Part shown: piece after piece, positions 56,786 through 64,000 of the stretch
Layout of the letters: every line of letters begins with the position of its first letter
How positions within the stretch are numbered: position 1 is the stretch's first letter
Source: a virus
Virus record (IMG/VR): IMGVR_UViG_3300035698_006643
Span: 8,744-72,743 of that record
DNA: 64,000 bases
Direction: 5' to 3' (one strand)
The notes under the pieces: model-generated
Told to the model about the DNA's origin: nothing
Database searches by the model: none
The model's input: the letters and a program-made list of their open reading frames with translations, nothing else
Translations under genes and position numbers: made by a program

Positions 56786-57018
56786 TTCACCACCAATGTC
56801 GTGTGGCAGTTAGGACAGACTGCCGACAGCTTGTAGGTAACTGTCCTGATTACGGCCATTACAACCGCCAATCCAGCCCCAACTAGTAGGGTTGTCGTCA
56901 ACGCAAGGATGATACAGCCTAGCAAAATGACGGGCCAGGATACGAACCATCGTGCCCGAAATGTGATTTCCATCGGGAGTTCTGTTCCGCAATTCTGGCA
57001 TTTGACTTTTTCTAGCAT
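56776..57018 (-). CDS. Small membrane protein with zinc ribbon
   Basis: Start MLEKV with SD GGAGG; CQNC, hydrophobic segment, CPNC. Confidence 0.55.
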   Translation of the reverse strand: MLEKVKCQNCGTELPMEITFRARWFVSWPVILLGCIILALTTTLLVGAGLAVVMAVIRTVTYKLSAVCPNCHTTLVVKWW

Positions 57019-57087
57019 CGTGTCCTCCACCCTAGATACACCTTTGAGGCAAAGTTGTGCCCTATGTATTATCATACAGCGGAGGAA

Positions 57088-57675
57088 ATGATGCACTACT
57101 TGTCCCTTTTTAGTGGTTCGGGCGGCGGTGATTTAGCCTGTCAGCACTTCCTTGATTGGAAATGCCTGGGCTATGTTGACCACGATTTAGATTGTTGCGA
57201 GAATATCTCCAGGAGAATAACCGATGGCTGCCTCAACCCTGCCCCTGTCTACTGTTTGGACATCCAAGAATTTAACACCCGACTCGCTGGGCTCTATCAA
57301 GGAATGGTTGATGTCATCGTCGGGGGATTCCCGTGCCAACCATTCTCACTTGCAGGACGACAAGACGGGGCTAAGGACGAACGAAACGCCTGGCCCGCAA
57401 CCATTGGTACCATTCGTGCGGTACGACCCCTCTACGTCCTTCTGGAGAATGTACCCGGCCTTGTGTCGTCAGGCTATATCGGAACAGTGCTCAGAGACCT
57501 GGCCGAATGCGGGTACGATGCGACTTGGCGTTTGCTATCTGCTTCCGAAACAGGAGCGCCACATCAACGGGAACGCTTGTGGGTCCGTGCATTTCGGAAT
57601 GACTCAGACGGACTTCCGGGAAACTTACGAAAACGCCTACATGAACTTGATAACCAAACCCCAGAGTTCATTTGA
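57088..57675 (+). CDS. C5-cytosine methyltransferase, N-terminal subunit (motifs I-VIII)
   Basis: SLFSGSGG; GGFPCQPFS; LENVPG; HQRERLW. Confidence 0.9.
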   Translation: MMHYLSLFSGSGGGDLACQHFLDWKCLGYVDHDLDCCENISRRITDGCLNPAPVYCLDIQEFNTRLAGLYQGMVDVIVGGFPCQPFSLAGRQDGAKDERNAWPATIGTIRAVRPLYVLLENVPGLVSSGYIGTVLRDLAECGYDATWRLLSASETGAPHQRERLWVRAFRNDSDGLPGNLRKRLHELDNQTPEFI

Positions 57676-58177
57676 CCGGCAGCGGTGGCCTACTCCGACG
57701 GCTTTCGTAGCTGGGGACACCTTGAACTTGATTCAAAGCCTGAAGACGAAGTCTGGAGAAAAGGCCAAGCTGGGTGAACGGGCGTATCGGGATGGGAAAC
57801 AGGGTCATGTTCAGATGACCCTGAATCGAGCCGTTGTGCTTCAGGAAGTCAATCAAGGAAGAATTCCCCATCCTAAAGACAAGCTGAACCCAGACTGGGT
57901 TGAACGACTGATGGGACTGCCACACGGGTGGACATCAAAAGACCCACTACTTGAAAGCAGGTTCCAGCGGTGGCTAAAGGGGTGGACCTCAGAATGGTCG
58001 ATGGTGGCAGGTTCTGGATTTCAAGCCTGGGTCAAAGATAACTGGGAAGCTAGTATTCTCCCAATAGGTCGCAAACAAAAAGATTGGGACACACGACATC
58101 GGATGCTTGGAAATGGGTGGGTTCCAGCCACCGCTGCTGCGGCCTGGATATTCCTATCTGACCCTGACCTACGCTAA
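57224..58177 (+). CDS. C5-methyltransferase partner subunit (motifs IX-X) in an overlapping frame
   Basis: WPTPTA; LNPDWVERLMGLPHGWT; RMLGNGWVP. Confidence 0.75.
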   Translation: MAASTLPLSTVWTSKNLTPDSLGSIKEWLMSSSGDSRANHSHLQDDKTGLRTNETPGPQPLVPFVRYDPSTSFWRMYPALCRQAISEQCSETWPNAGTMRLGVCYLLPKQERHINGNACGSVHFGMTQTDFRETYENAYMNLITKPQSSFDRQRWPTPTAFVAGDTLNLIQSLKTKSGEKAKLGERAYRDGKQGHVQMTLNRAVVLQEVNQGRIPHPKDKLNPDWVERLMGLPHGWTSKDPLLESRFQRWLKGWTSEWSMVAGSGFQAWVKDNWEASILPIGRKQKDWDTRHRMLGNGWVPATAAAAWIFLSDPDLR

Positions 58178-59551
58178 GTCATCTACTGGGATGATACTCC
58201 CCAGTCCCTTCTCAAGAAGATTGTGGACGACTTCAGGGTATTCCCTGGGATGATTCTTCTTCACTTCAAGGAGCAGCTTCCGTTTGTTTGACTTCCCAGG
58301 CTGCGACGAAATCTCAAGGGCCAGCCCTTTAGGTGTACGGTGGTCTAACTTCGGGGGAGTCAGGCGCTGTCTCCTGGCATTTTCAGGAAGCATCTCTTTC
58401 ACAACCATCCGAAGGTCTTCAGCCCGAATCATCTTTACCATCTGGAGTGGGTGGGCCGTGTACTTGAAATCAAGGAAGCGAGGATACCAGGACCGCACAC
58501 CAGGGGGGAAGTGTTCCATCATTGCCCCGTGAGTGTGTTCCAGGTTATTGGCTTCGTCTACCTTGTGGATTGCACCCTTACCGCTTGCGTGTTGAAGCTG
58601 CCCATAGATTCGTAGGGCGTCCATCCAGCCGTCACGGTCTTTCTGGTTGCCGTACCTCAATTTCAATTCAGCGACGGCTTCACGAATGGTCTTGATATTC
58701 CGACGGAAGATAACGTCCACGTCGGTGCCGTGTACCGTGAAAAAGAAGTAGTATGGGACACCCTCACCCCTTCCGTAGTCGTTGAATACTTTGCTGAATC
58801 TGTCGATGTTCTTGGGAAGCCAGTCCCCAAAGAACCATTCCTTCAAGGAGATTGAAATCACAGGGGTAGGACTGGTAGTCACTTTCACGGCTTGCGGGAT
58901 ATCCTTGATGACATCAGAATCGAGGTTCTTCGTGAACCAGACTTTGCTCCGTCTGTCCCAGATGAAGCCCATATCTGTGAGTTCTCTTCGATTCCGGAAT
59001 GTCTTCCGGTCTCCTTTCATTTCATAGCGATGGGTCAGCCAGTTGAAGGCTAAGGGGAGGTCTGCCAGAGAAGCGGCTGTTCTGGAAGTGACCAGACCGT
59101 TGTTCCAGTCTGCCTTAAGGGTATCCAGAACTTTCTTTGAAAGCCGGTCCAATACTTTGAAGTCCAGGAATCGAGACGACGCCGGGATGTACGATTGAAT
59201 CTTCGGGCTGGCCTTTCTTTCCATAATGTCTGGAAGGTGCTCTACCCAAGACGCCAATCCTTCTTCCGTTCCAGCGATGGCTTTGCTTCTTCGCATCATA
59301 TTGGCCCGACTCATGAACACGTAACCCAGCCACTCAGCAAAGTTCTTGGCGTACTGTTCAGCCAGAGCCACAGCGAAGCCTTTGAGTTTACTCCCACCGT
59401 CAACCCCAGCGATGTAGTCAAAGACATAAGCAGCGTAGGCTACGTCAGCCGACGAAAACGAGCTTATCATTCCCTGGAGCTTGGGAAGCAAATCGACGAT
59501 GTTATCCTGGGGGTCGATGCCCCCGGCTTCTCGTATGTTCATATTTTTCAA
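58169..59551 (-). CDS. Hypothetical protein (putative virion)
   Basis: 460 aa; late motif at 59573; IREAG and RTAAS motifs. Confidence 0.65.
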   Translation of the reverse strand: MKNMNIREAGGIDPQDNIVDLLPKLQGMISSFSSADVAYAAYVFDYIAGVDGGSKLKGFAVALAEQYAKNFAEWLGYVFMSRANMMRRSKAIAGTEEGLASWVEHLPDIMERKASPKIQSYIPASSRFLDFKVLDRLSKKVLDTLKADWNNGLVTSRTAASLADLPLAFNWLTHRYEMKGDRKTFRNRRELTDMGFIWDRRSKVWFTKNLDSDVIKDIPQAVKVTTSPTPVISISLKEWFFGDWLPKNIDRFSKVFNDYGRGEGVPYYFFFTVHGTDVDVIFRRNIKTIREAVAELKLRYGNQKDRDGWMDALRIYGQLQHASGKGAIHKVDEANNLEHTHGAMMEHFPPGVRSWYPRFLDFKYTAHPLQMVKMIRAEDLRMVVKEMLPENARRQRLTPPKLDHRTPKGLALEISSQPGKSNKRKLLLEVKKNHPREYPEVVHNLLEKGLGSIIPVDDLA

Positions 59552-59590
59552 ACCTCCTGCAAAGGTTCGGGTCTATAAACACTTTTGTAG

Positions 59591-59675
59591 AGGATGGTGG
59601 GGGATTTGAACCCCCGAGACATTTCTGCCTGCTGGTTTTCAAGACCAGTGCCATAAGCCGCTCGGCCAACCATCC
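59591..59675 (-). tRNA. tRNA-Ser(TGA)
   Basis: GGATGGT/ACCATCC acceptor; CTGGT-CTTGAAA-ACCAG; long variable arm. Confidence 0.93.
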
Positions 59676-59936
59676 CTATGTTCGTCCTGTCTGAGGGGAC
59701 TCGCACCAATGAACCTGCTTCAACGGTAGACAGAAAATCAAGTGCAAATCAGTAGGTCTGAACATCGGTAGTGACAATGTGATGCTCAATCGGGAAACAG
59801 TGTAATCCCCGCACGTCATAGAATCTTGTTCCAGGATTTCCCGGTTGTAGATGACTTCGTTGTGGAGCCCGTAGATTCCATCCATGAAGTAGGCTATCTG
59901 CTTCTTAGACAGCGGGAGTAATAGTGGTCTTGACAT
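59676..59936 (-). CDS. Hypothetical protein
   Basis: 86 aa between tRNAs. Confidence 0.4.
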   Translation of the reverse strand: MSRPLLLPLSKKQIAYFMDGIYGLHNEVIYNREILEQDSMTCGDYTVSRLSITLSLPMFRPTDLHLIFCLPLKQVHWCESPQTGRT

Positions 59937-59954
59937 TCAGCTACCTAGATTCAG

Positions 59955-60029
59955 TGGAGCCGACAGAGGGAATCGAACCCCCAGCCAACTGATTACAAAT
60001 CAGCCGTTCTACCGTTGAACTATGTCGGC
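59955..60029 (-). tRNA. tRNA-Thr(TGT), CCA encoded
   Basis: Cloverleaf; GCTGA-TTTGTAA-TCAGT. Confidence 0.95.
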
Positions 60030-60038
60030 TTAGTTTCA

Positions 60039-60245
60039 TCATCCCCCTGTTATCCAGAACAGGTAGTACCCCAACCACACGGAGCACCATGTTATTGAAA
60101 CCCCGAAGACACAGACTAGAATGAAGATTCGGTCTGTGATGATTGTCTTGTCCGCACGAACCATCTGGTAAACTAACCTCCAGATTAGGAGAGCCAGCAC
60201 CAGGGAACCTACTACGGTGACTGCCAGTAAAAAGTTCAAGAACAT
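60039..60245 (-). CDS. Small membrane protein
   Basis: Two hydrophobic segments; SD-like GGGGG. Confidence 0.5.
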   Translation of the reverse strand: MFLNFLLAVTVVGSLVLALLIWRLVYQMVRADKTIITDRIFILVCVFGVSITWCSVWLGYYLFWITGG

Positions 60246-60682
60246 TGACCCACCCCCTAGCCCACAGGTTTCGTACAGTGGGATGATACAACTGAGGTAG
60301 CTTAGATTCGGGGACCTTCTTCATCGGACTTCGAGTCCGTCTTGCTGTCAGCAAAGAACCGCCCGACGAACTTGAAAAGGACGTAGACCACAAAAGGCGA
60401 CCCGGTAGACCCAACGAACCAGATGTCAAACCCTGAGAGGTCGGATGTACACCCAACGATATCGTTCCCTTAGCCCCTGATTCTGACAAGGGCAGGTTCT
60501 AGGAGGCGGTTAAATACTTGCCCCCAGATTCGGTTTATAGTCTGTGGGTCTGTAGGTAAAGAAGGAGGTTGAAGCCGCTTCCTGAAAAGTTGGACAAACT
60601 TGGACAAAAAGACCTGACAACAACGCAAGGAGAAGCAACCTCCTAGAGGTTGCTAGTTTGTAACTTCAGATAAAATAAATAC

Positions 60683-60711
60683 TTGACAAGTCCCCGCAAT
60701 GTACCTATTAT
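60683..60711 (+). promoter_or_regulatory. sigma70 promoter overlapped by an inverted repeat (possible RHH operator)
   Basis: TTGACA-17-TATTAT; GTCCC...AAT...ATT...GGGAC at 60690-60717. Confidence 0.8.
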
Positions 60712-60717
60712 AGGGAC

Positions 60718-60864
60718 ATGAGAAAACGACCAACAAAACTTTATTTCGATCAGGATATTTGGGAATGGCTTCAAGTTGAGGCTCAACGTCTACGTTGTTC
60801 AGTAAGCGAAGTTGTTAGACGGCTTGCTTTGACTGAAATGACAAGACAACGAGAAAGTAGGTGA
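60718..60864 (+). CDS. Ribbon-helix-helix (CopG-like) protein, 48 aa, probably leaderless
   Basis: MRKRPTKLYFDQDIWEWLQVEAQRLRCSVSEVVRRLAL...; GTGA overlap with tnpB; below the ORF-track size cut-off. Confidence 0.8.
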   Translation: MRKRPTKLYFDQDIWEWLQVEAQRLRCSVSEVVRRLALTEMTRQRESR

Positions 60865-62060
60865 TCCTCTCCCACAAAATACGGCTTGCCCCAAATGAAG
60901 AGCAGGAAGCTTATTTTCGGCAAGCTTGTGGTGTCTCCCGGTTTACCTATAACTGGGCACTTGCCAGGTGGAAAGAAACCTACGAAGCTGGGGGGAAGCC
61001 CAGCGGCAGGTCGCTCAAGGTAGAGTTTAATGCGATCCGCCAAACGGATTTTCCCTGGACTTTCGAGGTTCATCGGGACTGTACAGCCGGGGCGTTTGAT
61101 CAGGTTCACTCAGCTTTTCAAGGTTTCTTCAGGCGTGCCAAGAAGGGCGGCAAGCCCGGCTACCCGAAGTTCAAGAAGAAAGGGCGCTGTAAGGACTCTT
61201 TCAGTATTGCCAATGATAAGTTCTCCCTCGACGGCAAGAAGATCCGGGTGCCGAAGCTTGGTTGGGTTAAAACGCGGGAAGCTCTGCGCTTCTCGGGAAA
61301 GATCATGTCCGCTGTTGTCAGCCGAACAGCGGACAAATGGTTTATGGCTATTGCTGTAGATATCGAAGTAGCCCGTCAGCCCCCGAAAATCAAGGGGGTT
61401 GTGGGGGTTGACCTGGGTATCGCTGCTCTGGCTACGATGTCCGATGGCAGGACGGTTCAGCACTCTCCGAGCTGGAGGAAACTGGAAAAGCAAGTGCGGA
61501 GGCTTCAAAAATCCGTGAGCCGGAAACAGAAAGGGTCAGCAAGCCGACGAAAAGCCGTTGTCAGACTGTCCCGAAAACACTACGAGTTGTTCTGTCTGCG
61601 CTTGGACACGTTGCACAAGCTAACAACAGGGCTGGTCCAGAACTACAAAGGGATTGCCATCGAAGACCTGAACGTCAAGGGGATGGTCAAAAACCATCAC
61701 TTGGCTCGGGCTATTTCCCGACAGGGCTGGTCTGAGTTCCGAAGGCAACTTGAGTACAAGTCCGTAATGCACGACAGGCAACTCGTCATTGCGGACAGAT
61801 TCTATCCCTCAACGAAGACTTGCTCGGGCTGTGGTGATATCAGGGCCGTTGCACTGTCGGAACGGATCTACAAGTGCTCTGTTTGTGGTTTATCCATTGA
61901 CAGGGATCTCAATGCTGCAATAAACCTTTCAAGGCTACCCGTGGGTAACGGGGATGATAAGCCGGTGGAGACAGAAGCCCTGGCTGGTCGATGTTTGACC
62001 AGTGAAACTACTGTCTGCGAAACCGGAACAAGGCTTGGGCAAGTTTGTCCAAGTTCTTGA
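60861..62060 (+). CDS. tnpB: RNA-guided nuclease TnpB
   Basis: GVDLG; IEDL; CSGC/CSVC; DRDLNAAINL; all three RuvC acidic residues present. Confidence 0.95.
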   Translation: MILSHKIRLAPNEEQEAYFRQACGVSRFTYNWALARWKETYEAGGKPSGRSLKVEFNAIRQTDFPWTFEVHRDCTAGAFDQVHSAFQGFFRRAKKGGKPGYPKFKKKGRCKDSFSIANDKFSLDGKKIRVPKLGWVKTREALRFSGKIMSAVVSRTADKWFMAIAVDIEVARQPPKIKGVVGVDLGIAALATMSDGRTVQHSPSWRKLEKQVRRLQKSVSRKQKGSASRRKAVVRLSRKHYELFCLRLDTLHKLTTGLVQNYKGIAIEDLNVKGMVKNHHLARAISRQGWSEFRRQLEYKSVMHDRQLVIADRFYPSTKTCSGCGDIRAVALSERIYKCSVCGLSIDRDLNAAINLSRLPVGNGDDKPVETEALAGRCLTSETTVCETGTRLGQVCPSS

Positions 62061-62067
62061 AACCAGG
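61930..62067 (+). ncRNA. omegaRNA scaffold overlapping the tnpB 3' end (5' boundary approximate)
   Basis: Stems CCGGT/ACCGG, GACAG/CTGTC, CTGGTCGA/TTGACCAG; terminal hairpin 62029-62059; pseudoknot CCTGG(61979)/CCAGG(62063). Confidence 0.75.
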
Positions 62068-62075
62068 ACCAAACC

Positions 62076-62786
62076 ATGCAACTGAAAATCGCTTACTCAG
62101 TCAACGCAGCAACAGTCTCACTGGAAAAAGCCAGGGCTTACGCCGAAGAAGCCTTCAAGAAAGCAGGACAGGACCTTGACAAGGTGCTTCCAAACTTCGA
62201 CAAGAACTACATGGTCTTACAGCGTCAATGCAAGAAAGCCATGAACGTACCTCGGATTCAAATGCCGGTCATTGAACCCAGTGACATCAACCAGTTCGCC
62301 AAAGATATCCAGAAAGGTCGGGTGGATATCTTCGCCCCCTACGCCAAAGGGAAATTCAAGTTCCCTGAATCGGCCAAGGATGAAGAATGGATTGGATTGG
62401 GATACGCCGACGGGTCTAAGACAGACGACGTAATCCGTGGGAACATCAAGAGCATCCCTGTAGGGAAACTGGTTCCGACCCAGTCTCAGATTTGGCTGGA
62501 CAAGATGATTGGGAACATCATCAAGTTTGGCCCAGTGAAGTCTGGGTCTCCGGTACTGTCGTTGACCATCATCGTGTCGAAGGAAGGTTACATCCTTGAC
62601 GGGCATCACCGTTACGGTCAAGCCACCCTGTGTGACCCTGGCCTCAAGATGAAGTCCCTATTCGTCCCCTTGCCTATCAAAGAACTTCTCGAGGTCGGGC
62701 GGGCCTATGGCGACTGGCTGGGGAATTCCCGTAAGGGGTCCTATCGAGAACGACTCGCCGCCTGGTTTGATTTCGACCACCAGTAG
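62076..62786 (+). CDS. ParB/Srx-like domain protein
   Basis: LVPTQSQI; IIVSKEGYILDGHHRY; N-terminal KIAYS motif. Confidence 0.75.
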   Translation: MQLKIAYSVNAATVSLEKARAYAEEAFKKAGQDLDKVLPNFDKNYMVLQRQCKKAMNVPRIQMPVIEPSDINQFAKDIQKGRVDIFAPYAKGKFKFPESAKDEEWIGLGYADGSKTDDVIRGNIKSIPVGKLVPTQSQIWLDKMIGNIIKFGPVKSGSPVLSLTIIVSKEGYILDGHHRYGQATLCDPGLKMKSLFVPLPIKELLEVGRAYGDWLGNSRKGSYRERLAAWFDFDHQ

Positions 62787-62819
62787 TACTGGTGTAGAAT
62801 CTGACTAGGAGGACTACAA

Positions 62820-63272
62820 ATGGAAAACATTTCAGGAAAACAACTTCAGAAACTTGTGGGCTGGACGATTGAAAGCGTTGATGACGACTTTGGTAACCTA
62901 ACTGGTGAACAAGTAGCCCGACTAAAACTCACTCAGGGGAAGTTGCGTCGGGAAGTGGCGATTTGCTGTGGTCAGGAAATTTACCTCGAAAATGACAGGC
63001 ACATTGACGGCCCGTATCTGGACTTTCAGGGAATGCTCGAATCAATTCGAGACCATGTCTTGGAAACCGATTCTGGTAGAACCATCGTAGCCGTTGATGA
63101 TGTCTATGCCCGCTGTATCGGCTTCAAGTGCTCTGATACAGGCAAAGAATGGTTCATCGACATCAAAACTGTGAAAGAAGGTCCGGAAGCCTTAAGACGT
63201 TTGGCAGATACCGGCTACAAGCGAGCCGATATGGCTGAAAGTCTGAGCAAGGGGCTTATCCCTAATCCCTAA
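62820..63272 (+). CDS. Hypothetical protein
   Basis: SD AGGAGG; upstream TAGAAT. Confidence 0.6.
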   Translation: MENISGKQLQKLVGWTIESVDDDFGNLTGEQVARLKLTQGKLRREVAICCGQEIYLENDRHIDGPYLDFQGMLESIRDHVLETDSGRTIVAVDDVYARCIGFKCSDTGKEWFIDIKTVKEGPEALRRLADTGYKRADMAESLSKGLIPNP

Positions 63273-63757
63273 AAGTTCAGCTTCTTAGCGACCGTCTTAC
63301 ACCGAAACCGTAGCGGCTTCTCGAAAGGAAATGGGACATTGTGTTCCACAGGTCCCCCAACTTCCCCAAACGATTCTGTAAAGCTCAGCCTGAATGAAGC
63401 CAGGCCACATTGCATAAAGTAATCTAGGTAGGGGTCGTCCGCTTTAAGGGCTACAGGAAAATGCCCGACTGTGAATAGGATTCCAGGAGCATCAGGACCG
63501 ACGACTTCTTTCAGGGCTGCCAGGAGTTGTTGAAGCTGTTGTTGGAAGTACTTCGCCGCTTCTTGTGCCCCTATCCCATGGAACTTCAATTCAAAGCTTG
63601 GAACCATGACCCTTTTGATTTGGGCTGGGATGGTCATGGTAACCACAGAAGGCTTACCATCCCTGAAGGGGTTCTCTGGCTCAATGTAAGTGACTTTGGA
63701 ACTGGTTGTGTCGTAGATGGGCAAAGCCCCGTAAAGAATATTTGTTATACAGTGCAT
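63269..63757 (-). CDS. Hypothetical protein
   Basis: Start MHCIT after the tRNA-like element. Confidence 0.5.
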   Translation of the reverse strand: MHCITNILYGALPIYDTTSSKVTYIEPENPFRDGKPSVVTMTIPAQIKRVMVPSFELKFHGIGAQEAAKYFQQQLQQLLAALKEVVGPDAPGILFTVGHFPVALKADDPYLDYFMQCGLASFRLSFTESFGEVGGPVEHNVPFPFEKPLRFRCKTVAKKLNF

Positions 63758-63775
63758 TGAACCACCCCCTGTCTT

Positions 63776-63876
63776 TGGGCGGAATGGCTGGAATCGAACC
63801 AGCGGAAGGTCATGGGGCATGTCGCTACCTTATCCCTTCGCCGCCGCCACGGTGGCAACCCGCAGCTTCATTCCGC
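63776..63876 (-). ncRNA. Atypical tRNA-like RNA (101 nt)
   Basis: GCGGAATG/CATTCCGC followed by CCA; canonical T-arm GCTGG-TTCGATT-CCAGC; no standard anticodon arm. Confidence 0.7.
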
Positions 63877-63888
63877 TTCTCGTTCAAC

Positions 63889-64000
63889 CTACCACTTGTA
63901 GATTGGCACCGGATACCCGTTTTCGTCTTTCCCTTCGTCCCCAGTGTCATTGATGGTGATTGAGTCATCGTCCCTGACTACTGTCAGCTTGACGAACAGA
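63889..64000 (-). CDS. 3' end of a hypothetical protein (partial)
   Basis: Open frame LFVKLTVVRDDD...IYKW* from the window edge. Confidence 0.45.
   Translation of the reverse strand, partial: LFVKLTVVRDDDSITINDTGDEGKDENGYPVPIYKW

Larger units (their letters stand above)
60567..62067 (+). mobile_element. Non-autonomous IS607-like element (RHH + tnpB, no tnpA) bounded by GG dinucleotides
   Basis: TTGGACAAA direct repeats at 60590-60608 with an inverted copy at 62044-62052; joining the two GGs restores AAGGAGG-8 nt-ATG. Confidence 0.8.

Noticed and set aside
59941-60489. 182-aa minus-strand ORF
   Set aside because: Runs through tRNA-Thr and a better small membrane ORF; Ser/Arg-rich, atypical composition.
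60567-60717. IStron (group I intron fused to IS607)
   Set aside because: The left end is only ~150 nt, holds a promoter, and shows no recognisable group I core; the insertion is not in an ORF.
63776-63876. tRNA-Sec or UGA suppressor
   Set aside because: 8-bp acceptor helix, but no TCA anticodon and no unpaired discriminator base.
1-64000. Genome-wide UGA or UAG recoding
   Set aside because: Many genes end in TGA or TAG with tight ATGA/TGATG/TAGATG junctions and use TGG for Trp; internal stops are isolated.

Overview
64 kb of a large (jumbo-type) tailed phage genome, about 50% GC, with almost all genes on the minus strand. 1-16.3 kb is a head morphogenesis module: a probable prohead protease with an intein (runs off the left edge), portal, intein-containing terminase and several putative head proteins. 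16-36 kb is a bacterial-style replication/recombination module: NusG-like, DnaX, holA- and holB-like, beta clamp, Toprim primase, RdgC pair, split SbcC plus SbcD, PD-(D/E)XK nuclease, RecA, RuvC, SSB and RecD2. Further right lie a ~670 bp structured non-coding region, a MoxR/VWA pair, three ECF-like sigma factors, class II RNR, two DNA methyltransferases, a DnaQ-like exonuclease, a macrodomain, tmRNA, three tRNAs, one atypical tRNA-like RNA and a non-autonomous IS607-like RHH+TnpB element. Main observations: (1) the TnpB element sits inside a Shine-Dalgarno GG, and an isolated 22-bp copy of the 3' (crRNA-repeat-like) half of its omegaRNA lies 7 kb away, again just before a start codon; (2) two, possibly three, genes including the beta clamp carry in-frame stops, probably at Trp positions; (3) a TTTATAG-type late promoter co-occurs with [RK]-x-A motifs, including in one sigma factor, which may therefore be virion-packaged; (4) several unassigned structured RNAs. 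All calls come from reading motifs by eye; no database search was run.
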